From the NCBI RefSeq assembly GCF_018143015.1, contig NC_054743.1:35339243-35403242 (forward strand): a DNA stretch of 64,000 bases, written 5' to 3'. The notes below the pieces were generated by a model, which was not told the origin of the DNA, ran no database searches, and saw only the letters and a list, made by a program, of their open reading frames with translations. This DNA comes from Lytechinus variegatus. Its lineage: Eukaryota. The translations under genes were made by a program, and so were the position numbers. Below are positions 49,613-60,511 of the stretch, piece by piece (the stretch's first letter is position 1; every line of letters starts with the position of its first letter).

Positions 49613-51149
49613 GTCTGGTGGATTTAATGGCAGCTGGGCATAATAACAAATTTGGCCTAAAGTATATGTTTTAATATTCTGAACATGACATGAATGACTT
49701 TTTTTCTTGGATTTTTACTGCTTTTTTCGTTATTAATACTCAGCTGATTTTCAATCTACAACCTCTGGATACAAGGAATTCAAATTCTTTATATGGAGCA
49801 TTATCTGTGATAATTCTTGACAAGAACTCAAGAAAGGAGATTAAGGAAATGGCTTGCCATAGCCTACGCATGTTGTTTCATGCTAACTAAAACATTCCGG
49901 TATGACAGCCCATTCAGAAATACTGTGACAACCACTCCAGAATGAAGTAAAGTCTGGTTTCACTTTCACGTACTTGCCAAGTCTTCACACAGATTACTAC
50001 TCTCTTTAAGGACAAATCCACCCCAACAAAAACTTGATTTGAATAAAAAGAGAAAAAAACTCAACAAGCAATAACACTGAAAATTTCATCAAAATCGGAT
50101 GTGAAACAAGAAAGCTATGACATTTTAAAGTTTCACTTCATTTCACAAAACAGTTATATGCACATCTCGTTCGGTATGCAAATGAGGGAACTGATGACAT
50201 CACTCACTCACTATTTCTTTGTATTTTACTATATGAAATATTTTGATTTTCTCGTCATTGTCATGTGAAATGAAGTTTCATTCCTCCCTGAACACATGGA
50301 ATTCCATTATTTTAACATTTTGTGCTTCAGGATAGGAGGTGCTTATCATCAAATTCGTAACTATTAAAATATTTTATAATTCAAACAATAAAAAACAAAA
50401 AAATAGTGAGTGACATCATCGACTCTCTCATTTAGATGTAACCGGCTCATTCATATAACTATTTTGTTAAAAATTAGCAAAAATTTGAAATGTCATAACT
50501 TTCTTATTTTACATCCGATTTTGATGAAATTTTCAGCATTGTGCTTGTCTGATTTTTCTCTATTGATTCAAATCAACATTTTTCTGAAGGTGGACTTGAC
50601 CTTTAACTATCTCTTTCTTGCCTCTCGATTCCTACTCAATCTCTTTCATTTTCATTTCTCTTCAATCAAATAGTCCTTCACAGGTTTATTCATGAGGTGA
50701 ACCCTATTAAGCATTGTCAAAGCTTCATGTACAAAGATCACCTAGTCAAACATAAATATCTGCTGATCATAAATCTTGTTCAACACTGGGTGATTGGTAA
50801 CAGCTGTTACAGTCTTACGCACCTGGATGGTGTCAAGTTCCCCAATGAAAACTGATGACCATTGCCTATTAAAAGCTTTTTATTACTTAAGTACACTGTC
50901 ACATCCTTCCATGCAAGCCTTGCGTGTGTCTTGTGGGTAACCATTTATGCTACTCGCAGGTCGCCTGCAATGACAGTATCCGGCGCGGATCTAACACGCA
51001 GTTGCCTAAGGAAGCGCACGCAAGTCTGATTTGGGCGCAAAAAAGTTTTGAACACGCTCAAAACTCTATTGTGCGTGAGTTGCGAGCAATCATCCGTAAC
51101 ATATCGGCGAGGCTTGCACGGAACAATGTGACAGGTCCTTTATAACCAG

Positions 51150-51355
51150 TGTATCGGCTCAGTTGGTAGAGCGTCTGTCTCACAACCGGGTGGTCGGGGG
51201 CTCAAACCCCGGCCGCGTCAGATCAAATGACGTTCAAAGATGGGAGTTGCTGCTTCCCTGTTTGTCGTTCAATGATTAAAGGGATAGAGCCTCGTCGATC
51301 TGCCGTTGCACAGCAACTTCCAGGCCCACAATCAATTGGGCAAAGAAAATTTTCG
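51150..51355 (+). mobile_element. SINE family 2 copy
   Basis: Head ggctcagttggtagagcgtctgtctcacaaccgggtggtcgggggctcaaacccc. Confidence 0.8.
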
Positions 51356-51462
51356 AGGTGTTTCATTTCATGTCTATTTCCAACAATAAAATATGGATTT
51401 TTATCTTACATCTTTTTATTCATTCTTAAATATGCATATATTATGAGAGCTTGAATACTAAC

Positions 51463-51633
51463 CTGACAGAGTCCTTGCTCTCTTGTGATATCCTGTTTAG
51501 TCTTCAAAATAGGCTGCTTCTTATGCGGAATCTTATCATAGTACTCATGACTCAGCTTGAGTAGAACGGCTTGACTTCTATTTGCGTCTAATCCTTCTTT
51601 GATCTGCAGGAGAATGCATTCGCCTTTCTCAAC
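51463..51633 (-). CDS. PARP4: PARP4-like helical-domain exon (VEKGECILLQIKEGLDANRSQAVLLKLSHEYYDKIPHKKQPILKTKQDITREQGLCQ)
   Basis: Acceptor ctaccctccag| and donor CAG|gttagt, 171 nt, phase 0 to 0. It matches human PARP4 KAEGILLLVKAALKNGETAEQLQKMMTEFYRLIPHKG and PARP1 [24 protein letters not shown]. Confidence 0.75.
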
Positions 51634-51879
51634 CTGGAGGGTAGCAAATTCGAAAAGGAAAATAATCATTAAAAGATATAATTGAATAAATACTAGTAAC
51701 AAATAACACAATATATTTTTCTTAGTATAGCACATTTTTTTTTCTTTCTTTTCTTTTAATCCCAAGTACAAACCATGAAGAGAACACATTGCGCTTAGAA
51801 ACACCCGTAGTAAGCGCCTTGTAAATGTTATGTATTATTATCTGCCGACTGTGACAACCAAGAAATGGGAACAACATCC

Positions 51880-52330
51880 TATTCAATATTTCAATATTTC
51901 TGAGAATGTTTCACAGAAATGCATGTAGGAACACAAATCCAGACATTGGCCTTGGCATATTTATGTTCGAACTCAAGAATGACAATTTACCAGATGCCTT
52001 TGCGCCATTATTTCAACGCAATTTCATTGTACATTCCCATTCAACTAGACAAGCTAATCATTACCATCTCCCACAAGCCCGAACCGTTTTTGCTAATAGC
52101 ACCTTTACTACAACAGGACCCAAATTCTGGAACAGCCTTAATAAGGAACTGGTTGAAAGCCCATCTCTCAATTGTTTCAAACGCAAGCTCAAGTTATACC
52201 TCTTGGAGAGGTACAATGCTGGATCGTACTGATGACTGCAATTAATTAATTAATTTTGTCTATTCTTTCTCTTTATATCCCTTGACCCCCCCCCCCCCCC
52301 CGTCTTTTTGGTCGTTTTCCAATTTCTTTT
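51880..52330 (+). mobile_element. 3' tail fragment of a non-LTR retrotransposon
   Basis: ORF 51906..52232 ends ...FTTTGPKFWNSLNKELVESPSLNCFKRKLKLYLLERY, the LINE ORF2 tail motif. It is followed by a C-rich 3' UTR. Confidence 0.5.
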
Positions 52331-52590
52331 TATTTTGCTATTTTTATTTCTATTCGGTTTTTTTCTATTTCATCTTTTTCTGGTAACCTGATGCCATTCG
52401 ATACCATTTGTGTAAAACAATCTACGTAATAAATATGTATTCCGTTTCCACATTTGTTCGCTCAAAGTAACAACTTATATTTTTCCCCCATTGGGAGCCT
52501 AATTTTTTACAAGCTCTGCTTTTTATTTAGGTTTCCTCACTTTTTTTACATTTGTAGTGTACCTTATGCTTAAAAAAAAAACTTATGTTA

Positions 52591-53458
52591 GATAGGGGAA
52601 GGCGGGGTAAGTTGAGCATAGGGCAAGTTGAGCCACCAGCCCCAGGCCAATAATGAATGAGTCAGACATTGTGGTGGTGACATGTATTGATGACCCATAG
52701 CATAACCCCTAACCCCACCACATTGTTTCCAACTTTGAAACAAAAAGTAGTTTTTTAGAGGGAAAAATATGAATTTCAGCCAAAAAAGTAAAAAAGAGTG
52801 TGAAATAGATAAGTGCTTTATAAACACACACATCTTTAAATATAATAAAGACATGATAACAACATTATTAGTCCAGGTATGGATCTTCATTTTTGTCATA
52901 GTCTTTTATATGATGGATGCATAATAAATGTGTGGATACAAAATTATCGCACTAAGTTCGGACTGGGGTAAGTTGAGCCAAACAGCATGGGGCAAGTTGA
53001 GCCATGGTAATTCCTATGGTAATGTATCTTAAAAAACAAACAAACCATAAAAATCGATTGAAATGCAGGCTGAAAGGAGCAAATTTACATGACTGCTCCT
53101 TTCCTTTTACAGGATGTTAGTATTTATAGAGAATTAGCAGGTGAAAAGACTTTAAACAAAAAATTGACATGCTGGTTCTCCCCCATACATTTTGTACATA
53201 ATTTTTGTGGCTCAACTTACCCCAGAAGGTGGCTCAAACTTACCCCATATATGGGGCAAGTTGAGCCATTTGACATCGTTTTTTTCAAAGGTCACAATGA
53301 CTTTCAGTGTGGGGATAGAAAGTTATATATAGGTGGAAAATATTTCAGAAGAATTGAATTTCAAGGGAAGGTACTTATTTCGACAAGATTATTAATCATA
53401 TCAATTCTAACATGCAAAAAGCAAAAACTGTCACAACTTACCCCGCCTTCCCCTACTT
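52591..53458. mobile_element. foldback DNA element of about 870 bp with TIR aggggaaggcggggtaagttg and a reiterated internal motif ggggcaagttgagcca
   Basis: 52591-52612 is the reverse complement of 53437-53458. The motif and its complement recur at least 6 times inside. Confidence 0.6.
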
Positions 53459-53954
53459 AATTTTATCATTGATACACTATGTTTATGACCACATTTGTTA
53501 CGTATATTATGATATTTGTTTTAAAAGTGGAATCAATAAATGAATGAATGAAATGAATGAAACTTAACCTTTTTTTTTAATAACAAAATATTGGTACCCC
53601 CTGCCTCCTTTCAACTAACACTTGTAAGAATACACATGAAGATCTATGGGGGGGGGGGGAGTGCGGGGGAGGGGGGATTTAAAAAGGATGCAAGTTGTGG
53701 ACAGTGCGACAGCTATCCACAATCAGAATTTCATGAGTTTAAAGTCATGCCATTTTTAAATTTTGGCAACCCTTCCCCCCCAAAAAAAAAAGACTAACAG
53801 AAAGAGAAATAAAATAATGGAACTTTCCTAAGAAAGGCCAGGTGTAAATAAACCATGGGCTGCCAATGTACCTCCTCCCTACCCCCCCCCCTCCCATCCG
53901 TTTTTTCCCCATATATGTCCAGGCTATCCCTTGTAATGTCTTTTTCAAAGGGAA

Positions 53955-54165
53955 TGAGAATATGACGTATTGCTGACCTCGTCACATGACACCCTATCCA
54001 AAGGGCATGAGAGTATATCATTAAGATGACCTTTTGCTTACCTGGTCACGCGACACCCTATCCATGGGACATGAGAGTATGTCATTAAGATGACCTTTTG
54101 CTTACCTGGTCACGTGACACCCTATCCATGGGACATGAGAGTATGTCATTGAGATGACCTATGGC
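53955..54165. repeat. 61-bp tandem repeat x about 3.4, made of copies of the 3' end plus donor of exon 54106-54246
   Basis: The unit catgtcccatggatagggtgtcacgtgaccaggtaagcaaaaggtcatcttaatgacatactct is repeated. Two copies retain CCAG|gtaagc. Confidence 0.85.
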
Positions 54166-54246
54166 TTCCATCCATATCTGCTCCACAAGGGCTACTAAAT
54201 CCGATGAAAGCTTCTCACCAGCCAAATAACCCGCATCAAAGGAATC
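54106..54246 (-). CDS. PARP4: PARP4-like exon, start of the PARP alpha-helical regulatory domain (DSFDAGYLAGEKLSSDLVALVEQIWMEAIGHLNDILSCPMDRVSRDQ)
   Basis: Acceptor ttttttatgatttag| and donor CAG|gtaagc. It matches human PARP4 SQEVSDLVEMIWAEALGHLEHMLLKPVNRISLND closely. Its 3' end plus donor is tandemly triplicated downstream (53955-54165). Confidence 0.7.
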
Positions 54247-54835
54247 CTAAATCATAAAAAAAGAACAATAATGAAATATAATCAAATCAAACAACAATCG
54301 TCTTTTTGAAGTTGAAAGATTGTAGCCACCAAACCTCAACAATTTTACAAACTTACAAAATTAAATCAATTTGATGAAAATTGTCATATGCTTTGACAGC
54401 TCAGAAATGAATGAATTGAATGAATGAATGAATTTATTATCCAATGCAATGATAATACCAATTTTACAAGTTTACAGACAATCAGTTATGAATACATAGA
54501 AAAGTAAGGATAATAAGAACCAGAAAATACATGAATGCTAGTCAAGTCTGGCCCCTTCTAGTCTAGATAGAAAGAAATTTGTTTCTTAACTTAATTGTTC
54601 AGAATGAACAATAGTGAGTCTACTGAATATACTCTGTAATATAAATAAACAATGACTACCAGTACTTAACAATTTAACAAAAGTTAACAGTATTTACATA
54701 TGAAAGATATATACATGTATATGATAACAAAAATACCGTATACATGATAACAAAATTCATTTTTCCAACAGATGTTCAACATTCATGAAAAAAAAATCCA
54801 TGTCCAATTTGGCATCATGGTGCTACATGTACATG

Positions 54836-55105
54836 TGGAGTGTCGTGGCCCAGTGGATTAGTCTCCGGACTTTGTAACAGAGGGTTGTGGGTTCTAATCT
54901 CAGCCATGACATAGTTTTCCTTCAGCAAGGAATTTATCTACAGTGCACTTGACCCAGGTGAGGTAAATGGGTACTAGCAGGAAGTAATTCCTCAATAAGC
55001 TGTGTGAACCTGAATAGGTAACCTAGCTTAACCAGGGTAATAATAATAGATGGGCCCGCTGGGAGAACAGTTTTCGGAAATGAAGTGGCTACCCTGGGTA
55101 AATAT
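54836..55105 (+). mobile_element. SINE family 1 copy
   Basis: Head tcgtggcccagtggattagtctccggactttgtaacagagggttgtgggttctaatctcagcc plus the core. Confidence 0.8.
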
Positions 55106-55377
55106 ACCGTTAATACTATCATTTACAATGCTACATGGACAAAACATTATTCATAATTCATAACCCATAATGAAATGTACTGTACTGTAGATAGTTGCCA
55201 GAAGCAAGATTTGGTGGTCAATCAATCCGTTTTCATGCTCATGATAACTCTAGAAACCATGAAACATATCAACTAAAAGCTTGTCTCATGTATGCTTGTA
55301 GACAAAACGAAAATCTGATTGCCATAATTTTTTGCATCATGTGAGAAAGTCGAGCAAACAACAGTTGTGACACTAAC

Positions 55378-55539
55378 CTTTCTAAATGTCGGAGATCCAA
55401 TCCACCTAGAAATCATCTTCTTACACCGTTTCATCTTCCAGGGCGGCTTGATACGTTGCTCATATAACTGACGGTAGATATCAACAGCGGCTTGGCTTGT
55501 CTTCAAGTATCGACACTCCCTTACGCCACTCTCTTCATC
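55378..55539 (-). CDS. PARP4: PARP4-like exon, end of the WGR-like region (DEESGVRECRYLKTSQAAVDIYRQLYEQRIKPPWKMKRCKKMISRWIGSPTFRK)
   Basis: Acceptor cttctatttgatag| and donor AAG|gttagt, phase 0 to 0. It resembles the PARP1 WGR end ([24 protein letters not shown]) and human PARP4 QFAIKKTSEDASEYFENYIEELKKQGF. Confidence 0.6.
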
Positions 55540-56918
55540 CTATCAAATAGAAGAGTGAATACATCACAATAATAATAACAACAACAATAACAACAACATT
55601 GATGATGATGATAATAATGATAATAATAACAATAAAAATAATAATGATAATAACACTAATGATAATAACAATAATAACAACAATAATATTAATATCATGT
55701 AAAGTACATAATGCCTTGTCATCTAATGCCTCTATGTGCTTCCAAAGGGACTTTGGATATATTTGCAGAGCTGCCAACCTGAACAAGAACATTTCAGTAT
55801 TTTCAAGGCTGAAAATCAGTATTTTGGTGAGGAAATTAGTATTTTCACAGGAATACCATAGGACAACACATAAACTGAAGCTTAAAAAATCAGTATTTTG
55901 CATGAAACCATTAGCATTCTTCTCTATTTTCAGTACTAAATACGGAAAATCAGTACTACTTGGCAGCTCTGTATTTGGAGTTGCATTTGATTAAACTTTT
56001 TCATCCTCTTTCTTTCCTATTTTCATTAGGTGGGTATGAATGAACAATAAGACTGTAGCAGTCAAGGGGTTAAGAAGAGTAAATGAAGTACCCACATGGA
56101 ACATTCACCATGTACAGTGGTAAATGCAAATCACTTGAACATACCAGGGGACTGTTTCATGAAAATGTTCTGCATCGACAAGTTGTCATTTTCTGACAAT
56201 CACCATAGCAACCGTTATACACATGTGCTCCTAAGCCAATCAACAGGAAGGATAGTTGTTAATTACATGGCAACTAGTTAATAACAAATGTTTATGAAAC
56301 CACCTCCTAGACCTTGCCTTACACAGAGTTGTGATTGATTTGAATCAATCACACCTTAGGGATTTCTCTCAAATGTACACTAAAAAGATACATGTAGGAG
56401 TTGAAATCACTTGCAAAATTGCGATTGATCTGAATTTATTAGCGTGACTTAAGTCCTGCTTAGAGCTGATGCACACATGCAACACACAATGTTGCTTCAT
56501 GCATAGCAGCATGCATCTCCTTAGCTTGATATGATCAATGCGGTGAGCCTTTGAAACCAAATATAACTGTCCGTTTAAGTGAAACTCTAAGTCACATTTA
56601 ACTTTTGTGAAACATCCCCCCCCCCGGTGTTATTGATTAATACACATGAGCGCATTCTCTTAGCATGATTTGACGTAAGCCCGAATGCCTTTAATTCTGC
56701 ATCAGGACTGTTCTGCATGTAACTGGCAATTTAAGTGCAACTCTAAAGGGATATTGCAACAAAATATTTGCTATCAATTACAAATTTCGGTTGCAAATTT
56801 GCAAGTGATAGATCAATTGAAAATAAAGCAAATCAATTTATTCTTCTTCACGCAAGAAGAGTTATCAATAGTAAATTTGCAATTAAATCTTTGTGAGACA
56901 CCCCCCTGGTGTAATTAC

Positions 56919-57071
56919 CTTCAGTTCATTCACATTACCATGATGTGAAAACACCCGATACATGAACTCATTGCCCGCCTGGGTATCCATTCTCTCTCCT
57001 TTATCCTTCTTTACAGCATGTAACTCTAACTGGTAGAAGATATGTTTACCATTCTTCTCCTCCTTCACACT
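56919..57071 (-). CDS. PARP4: PARP4-like WGR-like exon (SVKEEKNGKHIFYQLELHAVKKDKGERMDTQAGNEFMYRVFSHHGNVNELK)
   Basis: Acceptor ttttcttttcag| and donor AAG|gtaatt, phase 0 to 0. WGR-type pattern (YxLqLl....ryw.fr.wGrvG..) as in PARP1, 2 and 3. Confidence 0.6.
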
Positions 57072-57545
57072 CTGAAAAGAAAATAATGGAACAATTTATT
57101 TCCAGATGACAAAAAAAGGACTCTGATGTACAGAAGAACAGGATAACACATTTACCTGATAAGTACACAAGAGTATGAGAGTAAATGTAACGACTAAAAC
57201 TAAACAAAATAAAACTAGATGTGGGGCTCATTCGACCCCCTCAACATTTTTGGTGATCAATCTGTAAGTGAAAAGCTTGCACCTGTGTCGTTTCATCATA
57301 TTTCCTGTAATTCTCACTCATCTTATGAAAACGAATTGTGAATTCTTTACAGTATAAAGGTACCCTTGTCGCAAAATGGTATAAATCCCTACAAGTAACT
57401 GACCACTTGGCTCATACACTCTGGTGATTCCTGCTTGGTCAAAATGATTGATGTGCCGGTATAAAGAAAAAAGATGTCGATGAGGTTGGTTGAACAACAA
57501 AAATGGGAATTTCGAGGTACACCTGAGGTAAGAATATAAACTTAC

Positions 57546-57627
57546 ATCGAGAAGAAGACTTCTAGCTACAAGATATTGTCCTTCGGATGGAAAGTCTGGA
57601 GCTTTTGGGTCATTCCATGAATACACC
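57546..57627 (-). CDS. PARP4: PARP4-like exon (VYSWNDPKAPDFPSEGQYLVARSLLLD)
   Basis: Acceptor tttcttctgcag| and donor GAT|gtaagt; only one frame is open. It resembles the human PARP4 segment ...CPFLISSHFLLDD. It needs 2 nt from the upstream exon, which implies a missing exon after the BRCT exon. Confidence 0.5.
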
Positions 57628-58370
57628 CTGCAGAAGAAAGATAATAGAGATAATCACAAAAATATGCCTTTTAATTCTACAGATATTCAAGTATTCTGCT
57701 CCAAGCCAAAATTCATTTTGTGGCTTGATTCCTCAGTGAAGGTATAAATTCATTACTGTACTAAGATACTTGGGATATATTATCATATTTAAAATGCCTT
57801 TGTAATTCAATGTGCACTGAAGTAGAAATATGTCATCAGCTTTCTCATTTACGTATACAGCCATTTTTCATTAGACAAAGCAGAACTTCAATGTATAGCT
57901 TTGTAATTTTCACCCAGTATGGATGAAAGTTTTAGTTTCAATTTTCACATTACATGTACATGTATGCCCTTGAATTAACTTAACTTCTGTGTTGGAAATG
58001 TAATCTTACATCTAACAAATCTAGAACACATATGCCATTCAAAAAACAATTAGTTGCAATCATTAAAATTTAATGAATAAACCCCGCAAGTACAGGTTAA
58101 TATTTTGCCACGGCTCATTACCTGATATATTGGTTGTAAGTATGTGTTCAGACTCTAATTGTTTTAATTTGTTCTGGATTATGTTACTTGTCACTTTTTT
58201 TTGCTTTTTTCTTTATCAATGTTGTTGTTTTATTTTTGTTTGTTTACAATCATTTCTAATTATGTAAATATTGTGATTTCTTGTAATTGATTATTTATGA
58301 AAACAATAAAAACATAATTAAAAAAAAAAATTAATGAATAAAAGTTTACACCACAAAAAGACCATGGGTA

Positions 58371-58568
58371 AAGGCATGGTCACACCGCCCGAGCGTTGTT
58401 GGAGCGGTCATGGAGCGGAGAGAAAAAAATCATCACCGCTCGCTACCGTTCACCATTTTCGATTTCGATTGTTTTTTTGTTTTTTTATTTTTCCCCCAAT
58501 TTTGTGAGCGAAATTCGGCCCTCTTTCCCTACCGCTCTAACAACGCTCGGGCGGTGTGACCATGCCTT
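58371..58568. mobile_element. MITE of about 200 bp with 35-bp TIR ggcatggtcacaccgcccgagcgttgttggagcgg
   Basis: 58373-58407 is the reverse complement of 58533-58567. Confidence 0.7.
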
Positions 58569-58653
58569 AAGGAAACATACCTCACAGAATGTAAATCCAC
58601 ATGAAGCGCTCTCTTTTTGATGATCGAGTCTTTGTCTTTCCTTTGGCGAATAC

Positions 58654-58725
58654 CTGGAATAACAATGCCAACGATACAAATTTCATTATATGAGGTCTGG
58701 TTGAGAGGACTCCCTCCCCTTCCTT
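58654..58725 (-). CDS. candidate small exon between the BRCT and WGR-like exons (open in two frames)
   Basis: Strong acceptor gtctttattttag| and donor CAG|gtattc; 72 nt with no stops in two frames. Its phase does not link the flanking exons cleanly, so it is uncertain. Confidence 0.2.
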
Positions 58726-59220
58726 CTAAAATAAAGACTTCAGAAAATGATTCATACCATCAACTATGGCAAGCCACTTAAAACTTTACTCATGTACAGC
58801 TGTTCCCCACAAGTTCCCATCAATTAATTACAGCAAGCAAGTGACATTATTTATTATGTACAGAGTAGAAGGCATTAATCAAAACGCTGTTTGTTTCTAT
58901 CAATAATTTATGGCCAGCCAGCAACAACATTCCTTTCTATCAATTATGGCAAGCCAGCGAGAACAGTATTTATCATATAGAATAAATAAACTGCTTCCAA
59001 ATATTGGAATAAGTTACCTCTTTCACTCAGACAATCACCATCTCTCTCTCTTTATTTAAAAAGGGACTGAAGACATTTATTTTTTTAAGTCCAGAGTTTT
59101 AGGATTACAAATTTCATTCTATAATTGATGTGTTCTTTTGTTGTTGTAAGCGCTTTGGGCCAATTTGGGAAAAGCGCAGTATATTAATAATTAAATAACA
59201 AACCTACGATCTGATATTAC

Positions 59221-59419
59221 CTGATATCTTTCCATGACCAAACCTAGACTGGGCCTGAGTGTCAACGACCAGGTATGGAGTAGGATTGAGTAGTCGAGAT
59301 GCAGCAACGCAGTCGTCCACGTAAGATACGCTGACGATGGGAATGTTAAGCTTCTGTGCTTTGCTACATTTATGTGAGAACCCCCTTCTTTTGCTTTCAT
59401 CAACGATCATGTGAGTTGT
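59221..59419 (-). CDS. PARP4: PARP4-like BRCT-domain exon (TTHMIVDESKRRGFSHKCSKAQKLNIPIVSVSYVDDCVAASRLLNPTPYLVVDTQAQSRFGHGKIS)
   Basis: Acceptor tttttag|ACA and donor CAG|gtaata. BRCT C-terminal signature (THxI...iPiVs..wv.dC....ll....Y), comparable to human PARP4 CTHIILDN...HIANPDFIWKSI..RLLDVKNY. It joins exon 1 in phase 0. Confidence 0.7.
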
Positions 59420-60379
59420 CTAAAAACATCAACAAAGAAGCAAGAATAACAAGAATAGAATATTCATGAGTTCCTCAATCATTTGTGAATATCGTATATA
59501 TGTTTTGATATATTTGTATGCAATTCTTGCTTTTACCCTATTGTGCTAGACCTATTCATTTGTTTTATACACTAGATATGTTATTTGCCAAAGAGCTTGA
59601 TTTGCAAACTAACTATTTAAATGTTATTTCATGCTACCAATAATGATTATGTATATTGTAGGAGAGGGGCTCCACGTCCCACTAGCTGTACTTGCTATTT
59701 CTGTGGAGTCCTTTTATCAATGAAGTATATATGACCATTTACCCTGTATCATCAGTATCGATGTATTTTGACATTATTTGGTAATAAAGTCAGTTCAGGT
59801 CAGTTCAGGATAATGCAAGAAAAATTCAAGTGGTGACACTTGTCATCAGACAATTACTCCGGTCTCAATTTCTCAAAGAGCATAGGGTTGGAGTTAGGAT
59901 TGTAGTTTTGATCAGAATAATGTAAAGAGTATGATTATGGTTTGTTTGGTTTTGGAAGTAAGATAACTAGATTTTATGCCTGGCTTAACATGCAGATTTT
60001 CCATTAGAGCAATTGTCGCTAGAGCATATGTCATGGAACCAATTTAATTACTTGTATGGGCATTTTACTTTATATCTTAATTTATTCCTTTTTTTTCAAG
60101 GCAACTCGCCAAAACTCTCTGCCATGTCTTATAGCACGAATCCCAATATAAAAACACTATGCATATTTTCAAACCGGCTTTCTTGCATTTTCCAGTATTT
60201 TTTCTAGAATGAAATGCGATGTTTGGTAATAAACTGCAAGCTGGATTCCCGCAGGAAAGACAATGCTCTGCCTTGTTCTAAAGAAACATCGATCGTCTAT
60301 CCATCAATTTCTCACAGCGAACTTCCTTCCTAGAAATGACCAAGGGCCAAAATAAATGCAATGGAAGTCAGAACCATAC

Positions 60380-60511
60380 CTTATTATTGAGTGAATATGC
60401 CACTATTCCACTCTGATTGGTAATCTTTGCCTTCAATCCCTGACGGATCTTGTAGCTGACTTTGATCGCATCAAGATCAAACACGATATGACATTTTTCA
60501 AAGACACCCAT
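60380..60511 (-). CDS. PARP4: PARP4-like coding exon 1 (initiator ATG at 60509-60511, minus strand); encodes MGVFEKCHIVFDLDAIKVSYKIRQGLKAKITNQSGIVAYSLNNK
   Basis: Kozak-like context (caggATGG) with an in-frame TGA four codons upstream. The exon ends with donor AAG|gtatgg. The protein resembles the human PARP4 N-terminus (MVMGIFANCIFCLKVKYL...GGKFSFSLNPQ). It is phase-compatible (0) with the BRCT exon below. Confidence 0.65.

Noticed and set aside
693-54165. Possibility that any of the tandem repeats is a CRISPR array
   Set aside because: The repeats have no unique spacers of uniform length. The window is clearly eukaryotic, with GT-AG introns, SINEs and LINE tails.
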